A stretch of DNA of 64,000 nt from Octopus bimaculoides (Eukaryota): NCBI RefSeq assembly GCF_001194135.2, contig NC_068985.1:6782542-6846541 (forward strand), given 5' to 3'. A model generated the notes under the pieces. The model did not search any database. It had not been told where the DNA came from and was given only the letters and a program-made list of their open reading frames with translations. The translations under genes and the position numbers were made by a program. Of the stretch, positions 25,171-39,759 are shown piece after piece; positions within the stretch are counted from its first letter, which is position 1; each line of letters opens with the position of its first letter.

Positions 25171-25779
25171 GATTATAGGGAAAATTTTTTACAGTCTCCT
25201 TTTATTTTAAATGAGTAAGCAGTTATTTAGTGTGAGAAAAGCAGGTGATCTAACTTCGACGAATCATTGTCATTTTCTCGAAAAATAACAGAAACAAAAT
25301 CAGAAGTTTCAATTATCTGTTTTTTCCTGTAGGAATTTTTCAAGTTTTCGACTAATTTTACAAGTTGTCCTCTGCTATTTATGGTTTACTAACAAGCAAT
25401 GCATATTCACTCAGATCACTTGAGGAAAAAACGTATAGATAACTTAAATGTAGATCGGCTGAACGGATAATGAAAATATCATATCGTTCCGCTGGAAGAA
25501 CTTAATTGTCAGTTACCAGAGTTATTATTTAAATTTATGGTTTTCCTGCAGAATTTCAGTACTGGACAAGACGAATGCAACTGACCCTGTGAGAACAGAG
25601 ATTATATCTAATTTTGAAATTCAACGAACTCGAAACAGCGAGAATGATGAATCTAGTACATACACCATAACTCCGATATATAAATATATATAGTTGGAAT
25701 TTACAAAAAAAAAAAAAGGGAGACGGATTTGTAAAGAACAAACAGATGTATTAGCTTAACGCTCTCGAAGTGAGAGAGT

Positions 25780-25815
25780 CTTCTACGTTTCGAGCCTACA
25801 CTCTTCAACAGAAAG
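25780..25815 (-). ncRNA. Minimal hammerhead-ribozyme-like motif (Penelope type, A6U variant)
   Basis: Minus strand: cttt-CTGTTGA-a-gag tgtagg ctc-GAAA-cgta-gaag. Stem II gag/ctc, stem I cttt/gaag, palindromic ACGT stem III, GUA cleavage triplet. Confidence 0.45.
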
Positions 25816-25886
25816 GAACACAGAAATAAGCAGAGAGAGAAAATAAAAAATAGGGGTTAGTGGCTAGCGATCAATCATGTGTGTCC

Positions 25887-25919
<33 letters not shown>

Positions 25920-25984
25920 TGTGTGTACATATACATACAACTACCCTTATGTATATAAATATGTGTGTGTGTGTATGCGTGCAT

Positions 25985-26180
25985 ATGTTTGTGTCTCCAA
26001 CATCGCTTGACAACCGATGCTGGTGTGTTTAGGTCCCCGTAACATTAGCGGTTCACCAAAAGAGACCGATAGAATAAGTACTGGGCTTACACAGAATAAG
26101 TCCTGGGATCGATTTGCCCGACTAAAGGCGGTGCTCCAGCATGGCCGTAGTCAAATGCCTGAAACAAGTAAAAGAGAGAG
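25985..26180 (+). mobile_element. SINE B module
   Basis: Near-identical to 24790-24992 and 49335-49545. Confidence 0.8.
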
Positions 26181-27549
26181 GATATATATATGTGTGTGTG
26201 TGTGCGTGTATTTATCATGTATGTATGTATGTATGTATGTATGTATGTATTTATGCATGCATGTATGTATGTATGTATGTATGTATGTATTTATGCATGC
26301 ATGTATGTATGTATGTATGTATGTATGTATGTAGATATACATACTGAGAGAGAGGATGGGAAGGAGATAGATCCCTAGATAGATAGATACCAACATACAC
26401 ACACACGCATACACACACATGTATATATATGTAGACATATACGTATATTTATATTAACATATATCTCTATTTTGTGCATACGTTTACGTAAATATACACA
26501 TACATGTGTGTATCTGTGTATATACAACAATCCCACGGAAGAATGAAGATGGTACGGTTTAATAATTTTATTCCTTATTACGATGTCGTCCAATGGCTAC
26601 AATATTTTATTCCGTCAGTTAACTCATTGCTTTATACAAACCGTGCTCCGTAGAGACGAAACCGTTCCTCCAGCAGTTCGAAACGATCCTTGCCCTGAAA
26701 AAAATTTGTGAAGGAACGCCATTTTCACCTTTTCCTCTCCTGACTTTTATAATCTGTGCTAAATGTAACAAATTGATGTTGGAATCTCCTAGGATTTAAA
26801 ATTTGCAGGGAATGTTCTCGGGATTTAACCCATACGGACTGCCATTTTCTTCCTTTAACGTTCTGTTAGCCAGATTTTGCGCATGGATTGTTGACTGAGT
26901 TATTCGCCTGGATTCCTTTGTAAATGTGAAAGAATGAAAATATTGATGTTTGCAATACTTCCGATCATGTTCTTGCATAGTCGAACGTGAAAGTGACAAT
27001 TTCCTGTGAGTTATCCCACTGGAGAATGGCATACTACTGTTCCTACTAAATACATGTAAACAACACACTTTTTCCAAAAGACATGAATCAATTCCAAAAC
27101 ATAGCTTTTAAGCTTACTTTTCAGTGTCCTCCAATGCAATGTTCTGAACTGAAGAGACATGTTCACATTTCTATGTGCAAAATGTCATTAAAATAAATGC
27201 ACAAATATGTCTACTGATTCTCACTGTTTTGTGCAATTGGAATATTTTAATCGCAACCTGGCAAGACACTACAGACATCTCTCGGAATTTCTTTGCATGA
27301 TTGAAGCCTACAAAGTCCAAAAGCCGGGGGATGCCTATTGCTGAAGATTAAATCGAATTAGCGTGTCTAGTAGTCCACTTGTATCCGTTGAAGGAAGTGT
27401 TTGGCATAAGCATACGACTTATACCTAGAAATCGTCCCCCGATATGACACCAATCAGAGAAGAGCCATCTTTGCATCCGAGTGTGCAGAAATATTATTAT
27501 AATGAAGGTACGCATCAGTGTCTCGATTCTCGTTGATATTTTTGTCGAT

Positions 27550-27564
27550 AATAATATTAATAAC

Positions 27565-27639
<75 letters not shown>

Positions 27640-27733
27640 AAGAAGAAGAAGAAGAAGAAGAAGAAGAAGAAGAAGAAGAAGAAGAAGAGCAAAAACAACA
27701 ACAACAACAAAAACAACAACAATAACAACAATG
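27550..27733. repeat. Compound trinucleotide microsatellite (AAT)n(AAG)n(AAC)n
   Basis: Direct inspection. It produces the poly-N/K/L/I ORF artefacts. Confidence 0.95.
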
Positions 27734-27734
27734 T

Positions 27735-28175
27735 CTTGATGTAAAAGATGGGCGACTCCAAGCATTCTGCTCAGTACTACAGATTTTCTTGTCATTGCTT
27801 GACTTTCACCAGTCGAGCATGTCGCTCAGTGGCTGATCACGAGCAAAAGTAGCAGAAGAGCATCATAGCCATATGTTGAGGGGGGATCTTTGAGGTTTGA
27901 ATGATTTACCTGTGGAAATATGGGCGTTTCGTTCGTCAGCCTTAAACAAATCTTATCCAGGCTCTTTTGAGCCGGATGTGCTATCCAACCTGAAGCAAGT
28001 TCTAACTGTACCCCATCTGTAATATCATGCACTATTTATCTTGATATCTGCTTACCATGTCGCACACATATGGTTGTGATGAATGTGTCCGGAGTATCCT
28101 TATCAGAATGGTAGTCATGGTGTGCATATTGGGCATTGATGCCATTTTGACGGCATGCGTTACTGTCTTACTGAA
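27735..28175 (+). mobile_element. Non-coding interspersed repeat flanked by AAT-type tracts (possible non-autonomous partner of R4/Dong LINE)
   Basis: GC-richer non-coding block bounded by the trinucleotide tract on the left and aataataatagtaatgataatg on the right. It resembles a common octopus repeat from recall only. Confidence 0.4.
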
Positions 28176-28349
28176 TAATAATAGTAATGATAATGACCAC
28201 GCCCATTCATTCAAGAATACCACAGTGTATTTGAGTTCGCAGATGATGTCCTGCTCTTACGAAAGAGTATGTCAAAATGGAAAACTGTGCTAAAATCAGG
28301 TCATGATTATTAGGTGAGGACAGCAGAATGAAGGAAATGTTTCAACGTC

Positions 28350-29917
28350 ATAGTGTCACGCTGCTGCGATTTGTGGTCAGTCTTATGCCGCTGACATTAA
28401 TCTTGAGCGGTTAAATCAGGATACGAAATAGGCAGTGCTGAGAAAATAAACTTCTTTGTATTTATGGACAACCTGAAATAAATTGTTTGCTAATCCTGAG
28501 ACAGCTTTGGTTTCATTGTTTCCGGCTTCTGTTTTCTGAGTGACGACATTGAAATAGAAGTGTTTATTGTGTTAGTAATACGGAGAGGAAAAATATTCAG
28601 GCCTGAAGGGATTCAACGCCCAGATGAAAGCAGCAATTGAAGGGGGCAGTTACAAGTGCGTTGGTGTGTTGGAAGCAGATATAATTTTATGCCAAATAAT
28701 GAAGGAAATTGATTGAGGAAAAAGCATCTCTACGATAAACACATGAGCGGTGTGTCTCGTACGTTATCCTGTTGCTATCCTGAACTAGACCCTGGAAGAT
28801 CTGAGACATAGAGCGTACAGCCCGAAAGAAAATGATCATATGTAAGTCGTTATGTTCTTAGAGAATGTCGATAGGAAGAATGGAGGAAGAGGACTGATGT
28901 CGATAAAAGACTGGTAGAGATGTCTGGCCATGATGTGGAAGAATATGTGAGGTATAAACTGAAAACTGATATCCGTTGTCATAGGTGAGGAGAAAGAAGC
29001 CGCGACGAATACGAAGGGATACATGAAAAGATGAAAAGGGGAGCGAGAAGGAAAGATCGGGGAACAAGAGCGGCATGATCAATACCTCACACAAACGCAG
29101 TATTTTGCAGATGAAACTTGATTATGGTTGAAGAGCAGAGAACTCAAAACAAAAAAAAAGAAAAGAAAGTAAATAACTCATTATGGTTGCTCAAAGGTAA
29201 TCATTACAAACGAAGTTCATTAAGGCAAGAATAGACAAGACCGTGAGACCTGTAGCTTACAGAATGTGTAAAGAGAAACAGCTGTGCGCTGTGCACATAA
29301 GAGGTTCATGAAACTGTTTGGCACAGAATAAATATGGCCGCAGACGATTGTGTAACCAACGTATTGCACTGTGATATGTTACGGAAAATGGTATGTACGC
29401 AAGCCGGAGAATGTGACAGATAATGATCAGGTCAAAATCTTATGGGGCATTCACATGTTCAAAACGATAATGACAATTTACCATGACGACCAAAAATTAT
29501 CTTCTTGGACAAGTTGTCAAAAGGCACAACCATCGATGACAAGGTGTCAAGAGACACAACCATAGATGTGGTTGTGTCTACTAATATGAATGTAGCTATG
29601 AAATAATGGAAGAAAATAGGAAACTGCCAGGGTTTGGGGTAGGGAAAGGCAACGACTGCGAAGAGCTTCTTCAAAAAGCGGTCCGAATAGTTAGAGGTAC
29701 CATTAGCAACAGGTCTGATGGCTTCCTGATTAAGTTCAGTGTAACTACGAGACTTGCACATAAAGACAGAAATCTGCTCTACTAGGAACAGCGAAGAGAT
29801 TTTTGAAACTTCTCAATATCGAAGTCAACTGGTTATAACCAGCTGTATCGAAGTCAGTAACACATTTGTGCATACTATTTGATGATGATAATGATAATGA
29901 TTATAATGATGATAATA
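28350..29917 (+). mobile_element. R4/Dong-clade (RLE) non-LTR retrotransposon, 5'-truncated and decayed
   Basis: SLMPLTLIL..SGYEIGSAEKINFFVFMDNLK (RT, ~28461); TKFIKARIDKT...RMCKEK; WYVRKPENVTDNDQVKILW; QKSALLGTAK at 29767; 3' tail of tga/taa repeats at ~29880-29917. Confidence 0.85.
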
Positions 29918-30783
29918 TATGAGTATCAATATATATATTTCTGAGTTTGTGCAGTATGAATCGATATATCTTTCTTGGGTAACCGGGAAGATTATTGGGA
30001 TAGAGACGTGTTAAAAAGAACATTAACATAGGCCAATCCAGGTGCGAATTACCATTACATATTTTCTTCTGTGCCTTCTACCATAATCACCTGCTCAGTC
30101 CATCAGTTAAAATTTCGCCAGGAAAAAATTAAAAGAAAATAAACATGTTTTTGTTTAACTTTATATCACAAGAAAATCTTATTTCTTAATACTATATAAC
30201 TCTCTTAGTCTATGATTGTTATTTGATAACCATGTAATCTTATTCGAAGACACTCATATAGACGTTACCAGTCTGGAGAACTATCAAATTTGAAGTGATA
30301 ATCATACTTGAGAGGAATATGTGGACAGAAGCCAATTATAATTATCAATGATTGTTGTTCTGTCAGCAATCTCGCCATTAACGTGATGTACGAAACTATT
30401 TCTTGATCTTTGTCCGTTTGATCGTTTGTCAAATGAGAGAGCAATATTCTGCTGCACTTTTTAAACCGTGTATTTCAAACACTTTTGAAGTAGTGAAGCA
30501 TTTAGAAATATTTTATAATTGATTCCCTCGGTGTTTTGTGAAAGTAGAGTCTTTTGTTTCTTGTGGCATATCTGTTTCAGAAATAACTATGAAATTATAT
30601 ATTGCAAATGCCTTTGATTTATAAAAAAATGATACATGTTATCATCAAAAGTCTATATAGTTTTTCATTTTGTATAATTTAGATATTTGTTTAGTAATAA
30701 AATGTAGCTTTTATAATGCAAAGAAAATAAAATAGAGTCCCTCGAGTAATTAACAAAACCCGCAGTAATGTGTATGATATGCT

Positions 30784-30815
<32 letters not shown>

Positions 30816-31874
30816 TTTCTGTATATATNNNNNNNNNNNNNNNNNNNNNNNNNNNNNNNNNNNNNNNNNNNNNNNNNNNNNNNNNNNNNNNNNNNNNNNN
30901 NNNNNNNNNNNNNNNNNNNNNNNNNNNNNNNNNNNNNNNNNNNNNNNNNNNNNNNNNNNNNNNNNNNNNNNNNNNNNNNNNNNNNNNNNNNNNNNATATA
31001 TATATATATATATATATATACATACGAATATCCATATAGAAAATCGACTAAAATAGATACGCATATAATGTTTCGTACGAGTGAAAATTTTGCAAGAGTA
31101 AAGAAAAATGAATATGCAACGACATCAAGTGTGTTCCTCTTTGCTCACTGAGTTGCGGAAACGACTTGTAAAGAAACAAATCAGTAGAGAAAAATAGTTA
31201 TCTATACATGAGATATCATTTGGAATTCTCAGCACATATCTTAATTAGTTCAAGAAAAATTTAAATTTGAATAGATTCTTAAAATTTCATGAGCAAACTT
31301 TCGTAATTACTAAAACAATATACTTTTCTTAAATAAATTGCTTCGCAATCATTTTTATGAATTATTGTTGAAAATTGTTTTCAAACGAAACCTTTTAAAA
31401 CAATGTCAACCAAAGAAAAGAAATTAATATCGTTTAATTTTTCGCTCCGTGAACATCCTTTGACAGCTGCCACTAACTATGATGATTAAACATTCGTATG
31501 TTGTTACTGTCATATAACCAGGTGCACATTTTGTATTCTAAACTCATTTTCTAAATTCGTGGAACGTGTGAAAAATGAATATTATTCTTAGAATAATAAA
31601 ACATTGTTTCTAATATTTTCACAAGGAGAGAAATTTGGAAGAGATTTAATTAGTAAATTGAATCCATTTCAATGTTAGAAATTTTATTTTAAAAACACCA
31701 GAGGTTAATAGGCTGAACATATTGCATGGCCGTTTAAATTCAGAACGTAGTGAGATGGGTCTAGAATCGGAAGGTATTTGTTTTGATACCTGCACGATTC
31801 TCTCAATTCAGCTCCCTCCATTGTTATTGAATATTTAGAACGTTCTGATGAGAGAGACGATTCAATATATCATG

Positions 31875-32095
31875 AATGGAGGGGGCCAATCGATTAGATC
31901 GACGCCATTACGCAACTGGTATTTAATTTATGATTAGATCGACTCAAGTACGCAACTGGTACTTAATTTATCGACCCACGAAAATAAGAAAGGCAAAGTC
32001 GACATCGGTGGAATTTGAACTCAAAACGTATCAACGGACGAAATGCCGCTAAGCATTTCGCCCAGCGTTCTAACGACCCTGCCAGCTCGCCACTT
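31875..32095 (-). mobile_element. Family-C SINE, reverse, with internal 40-bp tandem duplication
   Basis: gattagatcgac...cgcaactggta.ttaatttat is repeated at 31892 and 31932. The head gagctggcag...cgaaatgcttagcggc is on the minus strand. Confidence 0.8.
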
Positions 32096-33119
32096 TGTGA
32101 ATGGATAAATTTATAAATTTATTTACAGTGGTAAATATCTCATTGGAAAATATTGTACTCTAGAAATGACTCTAATTGCAGAAGTACGAGTTAACCGTTA
32201 TTGCTTACGAATAAATCTTTGGTAACATGCGTTTGAATCGGTCAGTTTGACAACAAGCAATTCAGAATAGTCGGCTTCCATTCAGGGTTAGTGTAATTAA
32301 AACATTTATTTGAAATCATATGTGATTCTTCCACTTTCGGTAAGCTAATACAGAACTAGTCCAAGAGAAAATAACTTACTGTGATCGCTTACTAGCGAAG
32401 ACAAAATATCCAGCTTAGATATTAATATATTTTTTCCTAAAGAATATTTGTATGGACAAAATTGCTTTTCTTGCGACACAGGTGTCAGTTGAACATTAAC
32501 TGTGATATATATTTGATCAAGTTGACTGCGAGGGCATTTAATATGCATATTTTGATTATATATAGTTACATTATTTTAAATCGGTCCATTGCTTTAATAT
32601 TTAAATGTCTTATATATGTAGTATGCTATTTGTCTCAATAAATATACAAAATGATCGTTTCAAGCATAAATATTTGTCGGTGTATATCCGAAAAGAATCC
32701 AAACATAACGCATTTTGTTTCATGAACAAAATATATAAGATATTGATTTACAAGTACACCTACATTCCACCATTGGCAGCTGCTGTGTTCATAACTTTAT
32801 GGAAATAGATATGCCTAGTTATATTATCTACTTTTTCGTTTCGAAATAATCGCCTTTTATCATATGTATCAATATATTATCCAGCAAAGAGGCGCTACTT
32901 GTAATGTTTATTGTTGTCTGTAAGAAGTAATAAGAGTTTAAAAATATATTGCTTTCATGCTCTTACTAATAAACAATTCCGTTGTTTGGATAGAGGTATA
33001 TAGCATGTTCAGCGTGGGCCGAAATAATATTGGTGAGTGAAAAGTAATTATGCATTCAGATTTGAAATTTATTGAAATATATCTCAACAGTGAATATCTT
33101 TTATTTTTGTTTTATGTTT

Positions 33120-33370
33120 TATTTCTTTCGGTCATTTCACTGCGGCCATGTTGGGGCAGCATCTTGAAAACATTTAGTCGAGAGCGTCGACCCCGGTACT
33201 GATTAAAGTATGGTGCTTATTGTATCGGCCTTCTTTATCGCTAAGTTACGGGGGCGTAAACACACCAACACAGGTTGTCAAGTAGTACTGAGGGACAAGC
33301 ACAAACACAAAGACGCGTACACACACTCATATATTTATAGGCACACACACACATACACACGCATATATAT

Positions 33371-33420
<50 letters not shown>

Positions 33421-33615
33421 GTTTCAGCTTAGAGCTTCGGCCATGCTGATGCACCACCGTATATATATATATATATATATATATTTACATAAGAAGGGCT
33501 TCTTTCAGTTCTGTCCACCTGATCCACACACAAGTATCTTGGCCCGAATATCTAGTGGGATATAAACCGGAACCGTGTGGCTGGGAAGCAATCTTCTTAC
33601 CACACAACCACACCA
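33120..33615 (-). mobile_element. Degenerate bipartite SINE (B module, microsatellite, A module), reverse
   Basis: Reverse complement of the B tail at 33120-33310 and of the A head at 33490-33615. Confidence 0.7.
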
Positions 33616-33724
33616 CCATCTATAGAATCTCTTCGCAGTAAGCATTTTGTTGCTAAATAAATATTTACAATATGGTATGACACTACAAAAGAATATGTTA
33701 GACTTTACATGACTTCAAAAAACT

Positions 33725-34060
33725 TTATAAGCGGTGTTGAAAATGTCGTCCTTCATTTTCGATACATAAGTTGACTCTTCTACACATGTTTCGAAATATA
33801 TCTTGGAGATTCTGACGCAGTATGGACCATGTGAAGGTTATGATTGCGTCTCTTAGCTCATTCATGGTTTTCGGGCGATTCTTGTACACGGATCCTTTAC
33901 TGGCTCCAGAGAAAAAAAAGTCTGGTAGTGTTAAATCAGGTGATCTTGGTGGACAAAGTCCCTTCAAAATAATCCGTTCACCGAAATATTCACTGCGGGG
34001 AGACTTTTTCAACAGCCTGTATCTATTTCTTCATGTCACATTACCAAACATAACATGACA
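33725..34060 (-). mobile_element. Tc1/mariner transposase C-terminal fragment
   Basis: GLCPPRSPDLTLPDFFFSG...VYKNRPKTMNELRDAI...RRVNLCIENEGRHFQHRL matches WPPRSPDL.P.DFFLWG...CI...G.HF.HLL. Confidence 0.85.
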
Positions 34061-36919
34061 AGGTTGATATTTAATGCATTAACGTTTGAAGAAATCACGA
34101 TTATTGAATATCTGTTTTACTCGTATTTTTCGCAAAGGAGTAAACTATATTGATTAGCATTGACGAGAAGAACACTTCATATTTTATTCTTAAAAACGTT
34201 GAGAACAATCAATTTTCGACGTCACATTTATAGGAAATTCTAATAAAATACTAAAGTGGTTACAATATTCTGACTTTTACCGAAAAATATAACATTCTCG
34301 ATTATAAATACAGACATCATTCATAAACCAAAATCCATTTTAGTCCACATCATTATTATAAAGCTTGTAGAAATTTGTCAGTCAATTATAAGTTAGAGAT
34401 TCTAATACAGTAATCGCGTTCTCATTTTCCAAAGTTTTCGTTTGTTTTCCAATGTTAGTGTAGTAATATATTGCTCCCATAAGATAAGAAAATACATAAA
34501 TTTTTATAACTATATCTTTCATTCGATTTCGGCATTGGACCAAAAATATATAACTATATGTACGTTTAAACACACAGTTGTTTATGTATGCTTATAAGTT
34601 TGCTGATCTCTCTCTCTCTCTCTCTCGCTCTCTGTATCTCTCTCTCTCTCTCGCTCTCTTTATATTTATANNNNNNNNNNNNNNNNNNNNNNNNNNNNNN
34701 NNNNNNNNNNNNNNNNNNNNNNNNNNNNNNNNNNNNNNNNNNNNNNNNNNNNNNNNNNNNNNNNNNNNNNNNNNNNNNNNNNNNNNNNNNNNNNNNNNNN
34801 NNNNNNNNNNNNNNNNNNNNNNNNNNNNNNNNNNNNNNNNNNNNNNNNNNNNNNNNNNNNNNNNNNNNNNNNNNNNNNNNNNNNNNNNNNNNNNNNNNNN
34901 NNNNNNNNNNNNNNNNNNNNNNNNNNNNNNNNNNNNNNNNNNNNNNNNNNNNNNNNNNNNNNNNNNNNNNNNNNNNNNNNNNNNNNNNNNNNNNNNNNNN
35001 NNNNNNNNNNNNNNNNNNNNNNNNNNNNNNNNNNNNNNNNNNNNNNNNNNNNNNNNNNNNNNNNNNNNNNNNNNNNNNNNNNNNNNNNNNNNNNNNNNNN
35101 NNNNNNNNNNNNNNNNNNNNNNNNNNNNNNNNNNNNNNNNNNNNNNNNNNNNNNNNNNNNNNNNNNNNNNNNNNNNNNNNNNNNNNNNNNNNNNNNNNNN
35201 NNNNAAAATAAGACAAACAACACAAAAAACGATTCCTCATCAGTTGTTGGCTGTTTTTCTAATCTCGTATTTCGAGCATTTAACAACAATATACGCTTTC
35301 GATAAAACAGTTGCTCATGGAAAGCAAATTAAATAAAATTTGGGATATAGCGGAGGGTGAAATTTGGTAACACAAACTGGAGAGTGAAAACAAACAGGAA
35401 GGGCTTCTAAGCCTAAACGACGTTGTGGTGGCGAACGTGTAAATCAAACTTGGACAGGAGACAGACAAGAACACGTCTACCGTGTTCCAAGTACAACGGA
35501 GAGAAACAAGGAAACACAAGTTAGGAGAAGAGAGATAGATGACTGATGGTCACGTGGGAGCCACGTGACCAAGTGAGGAGGAGTAAGGGAGAGAGGGTGA
35601 CAGGGTAATAGGATAGAATAGTGGGAGAAGAGGAGATAAAAGNNNNNNNNNNAGGATAGAATAGTGGGAGAAGAGGAGATAAAAGAATAAGAGAGAGAGA
35701 GAGAGAGAGAGAAACGAAAGAGTAAAAAGATTCTATAGAGTGCGCATCAGAATTATATATATACAATTAGGAAACAGCTACTAATAGTTACATTCTCTAA
35801 GATACATTAAAATGGCAGATTTACATATACCGTTTATCGCTAAGCAATCTTTGACATTCAGGTCATAATGTAATATGCATTTCAAAAATAGAATACTAGA
35901 CATTGAATAAGAAGAACTTGAGTAAAAAGCATATATATCGTTGCTATTATTATGCAAAAGTGACGTGAGTCCAAAACGTTGCTTTTTTAAGAAAAAGAAA
36001 AAATGGTTTCACTATTCCATAGCAAAACCGTTGTACTACACTTTGACATTTTTGATATCTTGGCATCTGAAGCAGCTGATAATTTATATAAAGGGCATTA
36101 ACTGTGTAGTAATGCCTCACGCTTCGAGGGACTAAATAAGTCAAAAACTACCAAAAAATAAGCAACATATGATGAATTTTTTTCATTATGAGGTTTTTTT
36201 CACGCTGACTACTTGATAAATTCTTATAAAGATGTTATCCTATATTATATTATAAATAATTAGAATATATTCAGTGCTGAATATTATTCTGTATAAGCAC
36301 ATGTTACAGATATGCAACCGGATAAATTCAAGCCTCTTTCACGGATATATAATTATGAACAGAATTCATCGTACTATGTTGGGTACATCGTGGTAAGTTG
36401 ATTCTTGTTTATNNNNNNNNNNNNNNNNNNNNNNNNNNNNNNNNNNNNNNNNNNNNNNNNNNNNNNNNNNNNNNNNNNNNNNNNNNNNNNNNNNNNNNNN
36501 NNNNNNNNNNNNNNNNNNNNNNNNNNNNNNNNNNNNNNNNNNNNNNNNNNNNNNNNNNNNNNNNNNNNNNNNNNNNNNNNNNNNNNNNNNNNNNNNNNNN
36601 NNNNNNNNNNNNNNNNNNNNNNNNNNNNNNNNNNNNNNNNNNNNNNNNNNNNNNNNNNNNNNNNNNNNNNNNNNNNNNNNNNNNNNNNNNNNNNNNNNNN
36701 NNNNNNNNNNNNNNNNNNNNNNNNNNNNNNNNNNNNNNNNNNNNNNNNNNNNNNNNNNNNNNNNNNNNNNNNNNNNNNNNNNNNNNNNNNNNNNNNNNNN
36801 NNNNNNNNNNNNNNNTTTTCATTATGAGGTTTTTTTCACGCTGACTACTTGATAAATTCTTATAAAGATGTTATCCTATATTATATTATATATATATACG
36901 GTGGACTCTCCCACCGTTA

Positions 36920-37178
36920 AACGACGTACGATGGATCGACACATAGATGATTTGTTTATAGTGATCAAATGTTTGTGTACACGTAAGCTCATTCCCTCCC
37001 TCAAATCGACATTACCTGTACAGGTGCAACGAGGGCCACATATAAGATGACGAAATGATCGTAAAGCAACGTGAATTGAAGTGCTTTGCTCAAAAACACA
37101 ACGCAACGCCCGGGCTGGGAATAGAACCCACGATCTCGCAATCTTAAGTGCAACACCTTAACCACTAAGCTATGCGCC

Positions 37179-37182
<4 letters not shown>
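36920..37182 (-). mobile_element. tRNA-derived CORE-like SINE
   Basis: Minus strand: A box tagcttagtggtt, B box ggttctattccc, then gtttttgagcaaagcacttcaattcacgttgct. Confidence 0.75.
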
Positions 37183-37216
<34 letters not shown>

Positions 37217-37414
37217 CACATACGTATATACAAATATACATACATACATACATACATACATACATGCATACATATACATACACACATGCATACATGAAGG
37301 TGTGTTGAGGTATAGCTACTAATGTTCTTTTTTAACATCTACACGATAACAATATGCATGGCATGATGATGGGAGGTATTTAGTGAATGCTCTTTCTGAA
37401 GTATATATGAGTGT

Positions 37415-37510
<96 letters not shown>

Positions 37511-39759
37511 CTGTGTGTGTGTTTTTTTCTAATGTGTGTTTGCTTTTGTACATGTGTAATTGCAACTGAGTGCCTTTGGAAGCTTATATATAGGAATGAA
37601 TGAACGTATGAGAAATGAACTTTAAACATGTCTTATTGGGTGTTAAATGTTAAATAAATCAATGATAATCCAGACAGCGTGTACGAGGCCACTGAATCAG
37701 CCGTCGGTCCACCATAGCTAATATCTCTTCTAGTGCTCCGGCACAAACGGAATGCCAGGCGTGATTGTCCATAAGAATCAATTGTTTTGCAAAGCTGTTT
37801 TATCCGATCTTATAAACAAATTGTTTTTGTTTTCCGTTTGTTTGCAGAAAATAGATTCTAAATCACTGTACCATTTCAACGTCATGCTTGCTTTCCCTAT
37901 TGCCCCTGGTGTTGGTTATAATATATTACTTTCACAGATCAACGCCTATATTTAAAATCTGTATTCATAGTTTGTTGTTGTGATTCTAAACTAAAGCAAA
38001 CAGATTACTATTAGCTTATGTTATTGCTTCAATGAATTTCAAACACGAGTAAGTTTCCCTCTACGTTCTCAAGATTTAAAGACAAATAAAACCATTGCCT
38101 CCAGCCCTAAAATAGATTAAATTAAAACAGACAAAACAAACTCTAAAAAGATAAAATGTTTATCAAAATTGTTTGGTAAACATATTTTTATGGACAGTAA
38201 TTTAATGCAATGTTATTTTTAATTTAAGCGGATATTGATTTCTATAATCATTTAATAAGGAGTCGATACGGAGAAACAATCCAAGCACATTATCTGAACG
38301 ATGCTCATACAAAAAATGCCTGGTTGCTATTCGGTCGAAAGAAAGACATCATATCTTTTGTGTTTCTTGGGAGGGTCATTATGCCAATAGAAATTAAAAT
38401 ATACACTCACCGATTCAATAACATTTTCTTTTATTTTACCCACTGCCATCCAATGAATAATCAATCGATTATTAGTTTTCTAACAGAGTCCTTTCGTCGC
38501 TGCTCACAACCTCATCAATGACTTGCCCTCACTATCTCAAAAACTAACATCCCATTGATTATTAAACAAACCATTGGATAGTTACTTGATAACATAAAGA
38601 AGTCGTATGGAACCATTGCTTTTGTTTATGTTAATTTTCATTTGCATAATAACATTCTCTATTCATAACAAGATTTGTTTTAATAGACGAATACACATCA
38701 GATACCTTGCAGACCACGTACAAAAAAGGATAAACTAAAACTCTCACCAATTATTTCTTAAAATTATATTTTAATTGCTTCTAATCTAGATCCAACGTTC
38801 AAATTTTTCTCTCGCTCAATTTAGAAATTTCTTATTTCAACATTGTCTTGATCGATACATCTGACATCCTTCTTTCATCACAACTATTTGCTGCAATGAA
38901 TGAAGGAATACACGAGAGAATTGTTAATTAATGTGACGAAAATGAAGTATAAGAGATACTTATATTATAATTCTGAGAACCCACAGCGCCAATTGTATCC
39001 TTCACCAATTTTATATGTTTGTAGATAACAACTAGTAGCAATGAACCATGTGCTTTTATCATCACCTAACTTGTAGACCGTGTGAGAGGATATGAGATTC
39101 ATGACCTGCTTAAGTTGCAATAAAAAGGAAAATAGGGGAGTGTTTAATAAAAAAAATATTGTCTTCTATTGTCCATGTAGGTTATTGGTCTATTGGGACG
39201 GTAACTTTGAGGAAGGTGCATCCTAAATACTCACCGATGTAAGGCTAGCAACGAGGTACATTTTGAAGATATATGGAGAAAACGGTTTCAGGCCGAACAA
39301 GTGATATTGTGAAAGGCAAAAATGGGTTTCAGAATACCATTCACAGTTATAAATCCTGACCTGACATCAACCGATAGCTGAAGGTTTAACTTTAAGAAAT
39401 AGAAAGAAACATCTGCGCTTACATGTTGTACAGTTTATATATACTACAGATAATGAGGTCTTATGCTCTGCAATCCATGTGGCAATATTGGATACATGAA
39501 TTAATCTATATACCCACAACACTAACAATAAAACATGTTGCATACAATGAGACGCATTCAGTAGTTGAATGTGTGGAAACACAAGATTATTGCTGATGCA
39601 TGCGTTATATCATGAGCTGCAGGTAATCACTACATGCTTCATATTGAGAAATTAGATGTCGTTGAAACTGGACATCTTTGTACGAGTAAGTTTTGATCTA
39701 TACGAGCTTACTACTCAACATAGGCTTCATCGCATGGATATTGCTTTTGGAAAACACCT

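Noticed and set aside
36180-36890. ~74-bp direct duplication on either side of a gap (similarly 43874-43925/44083-44134 and 35605-35685)
   Set aside because: Near-identical copies flanking N runs are most simply unmerged contig overlaps or haplotype artefacts.
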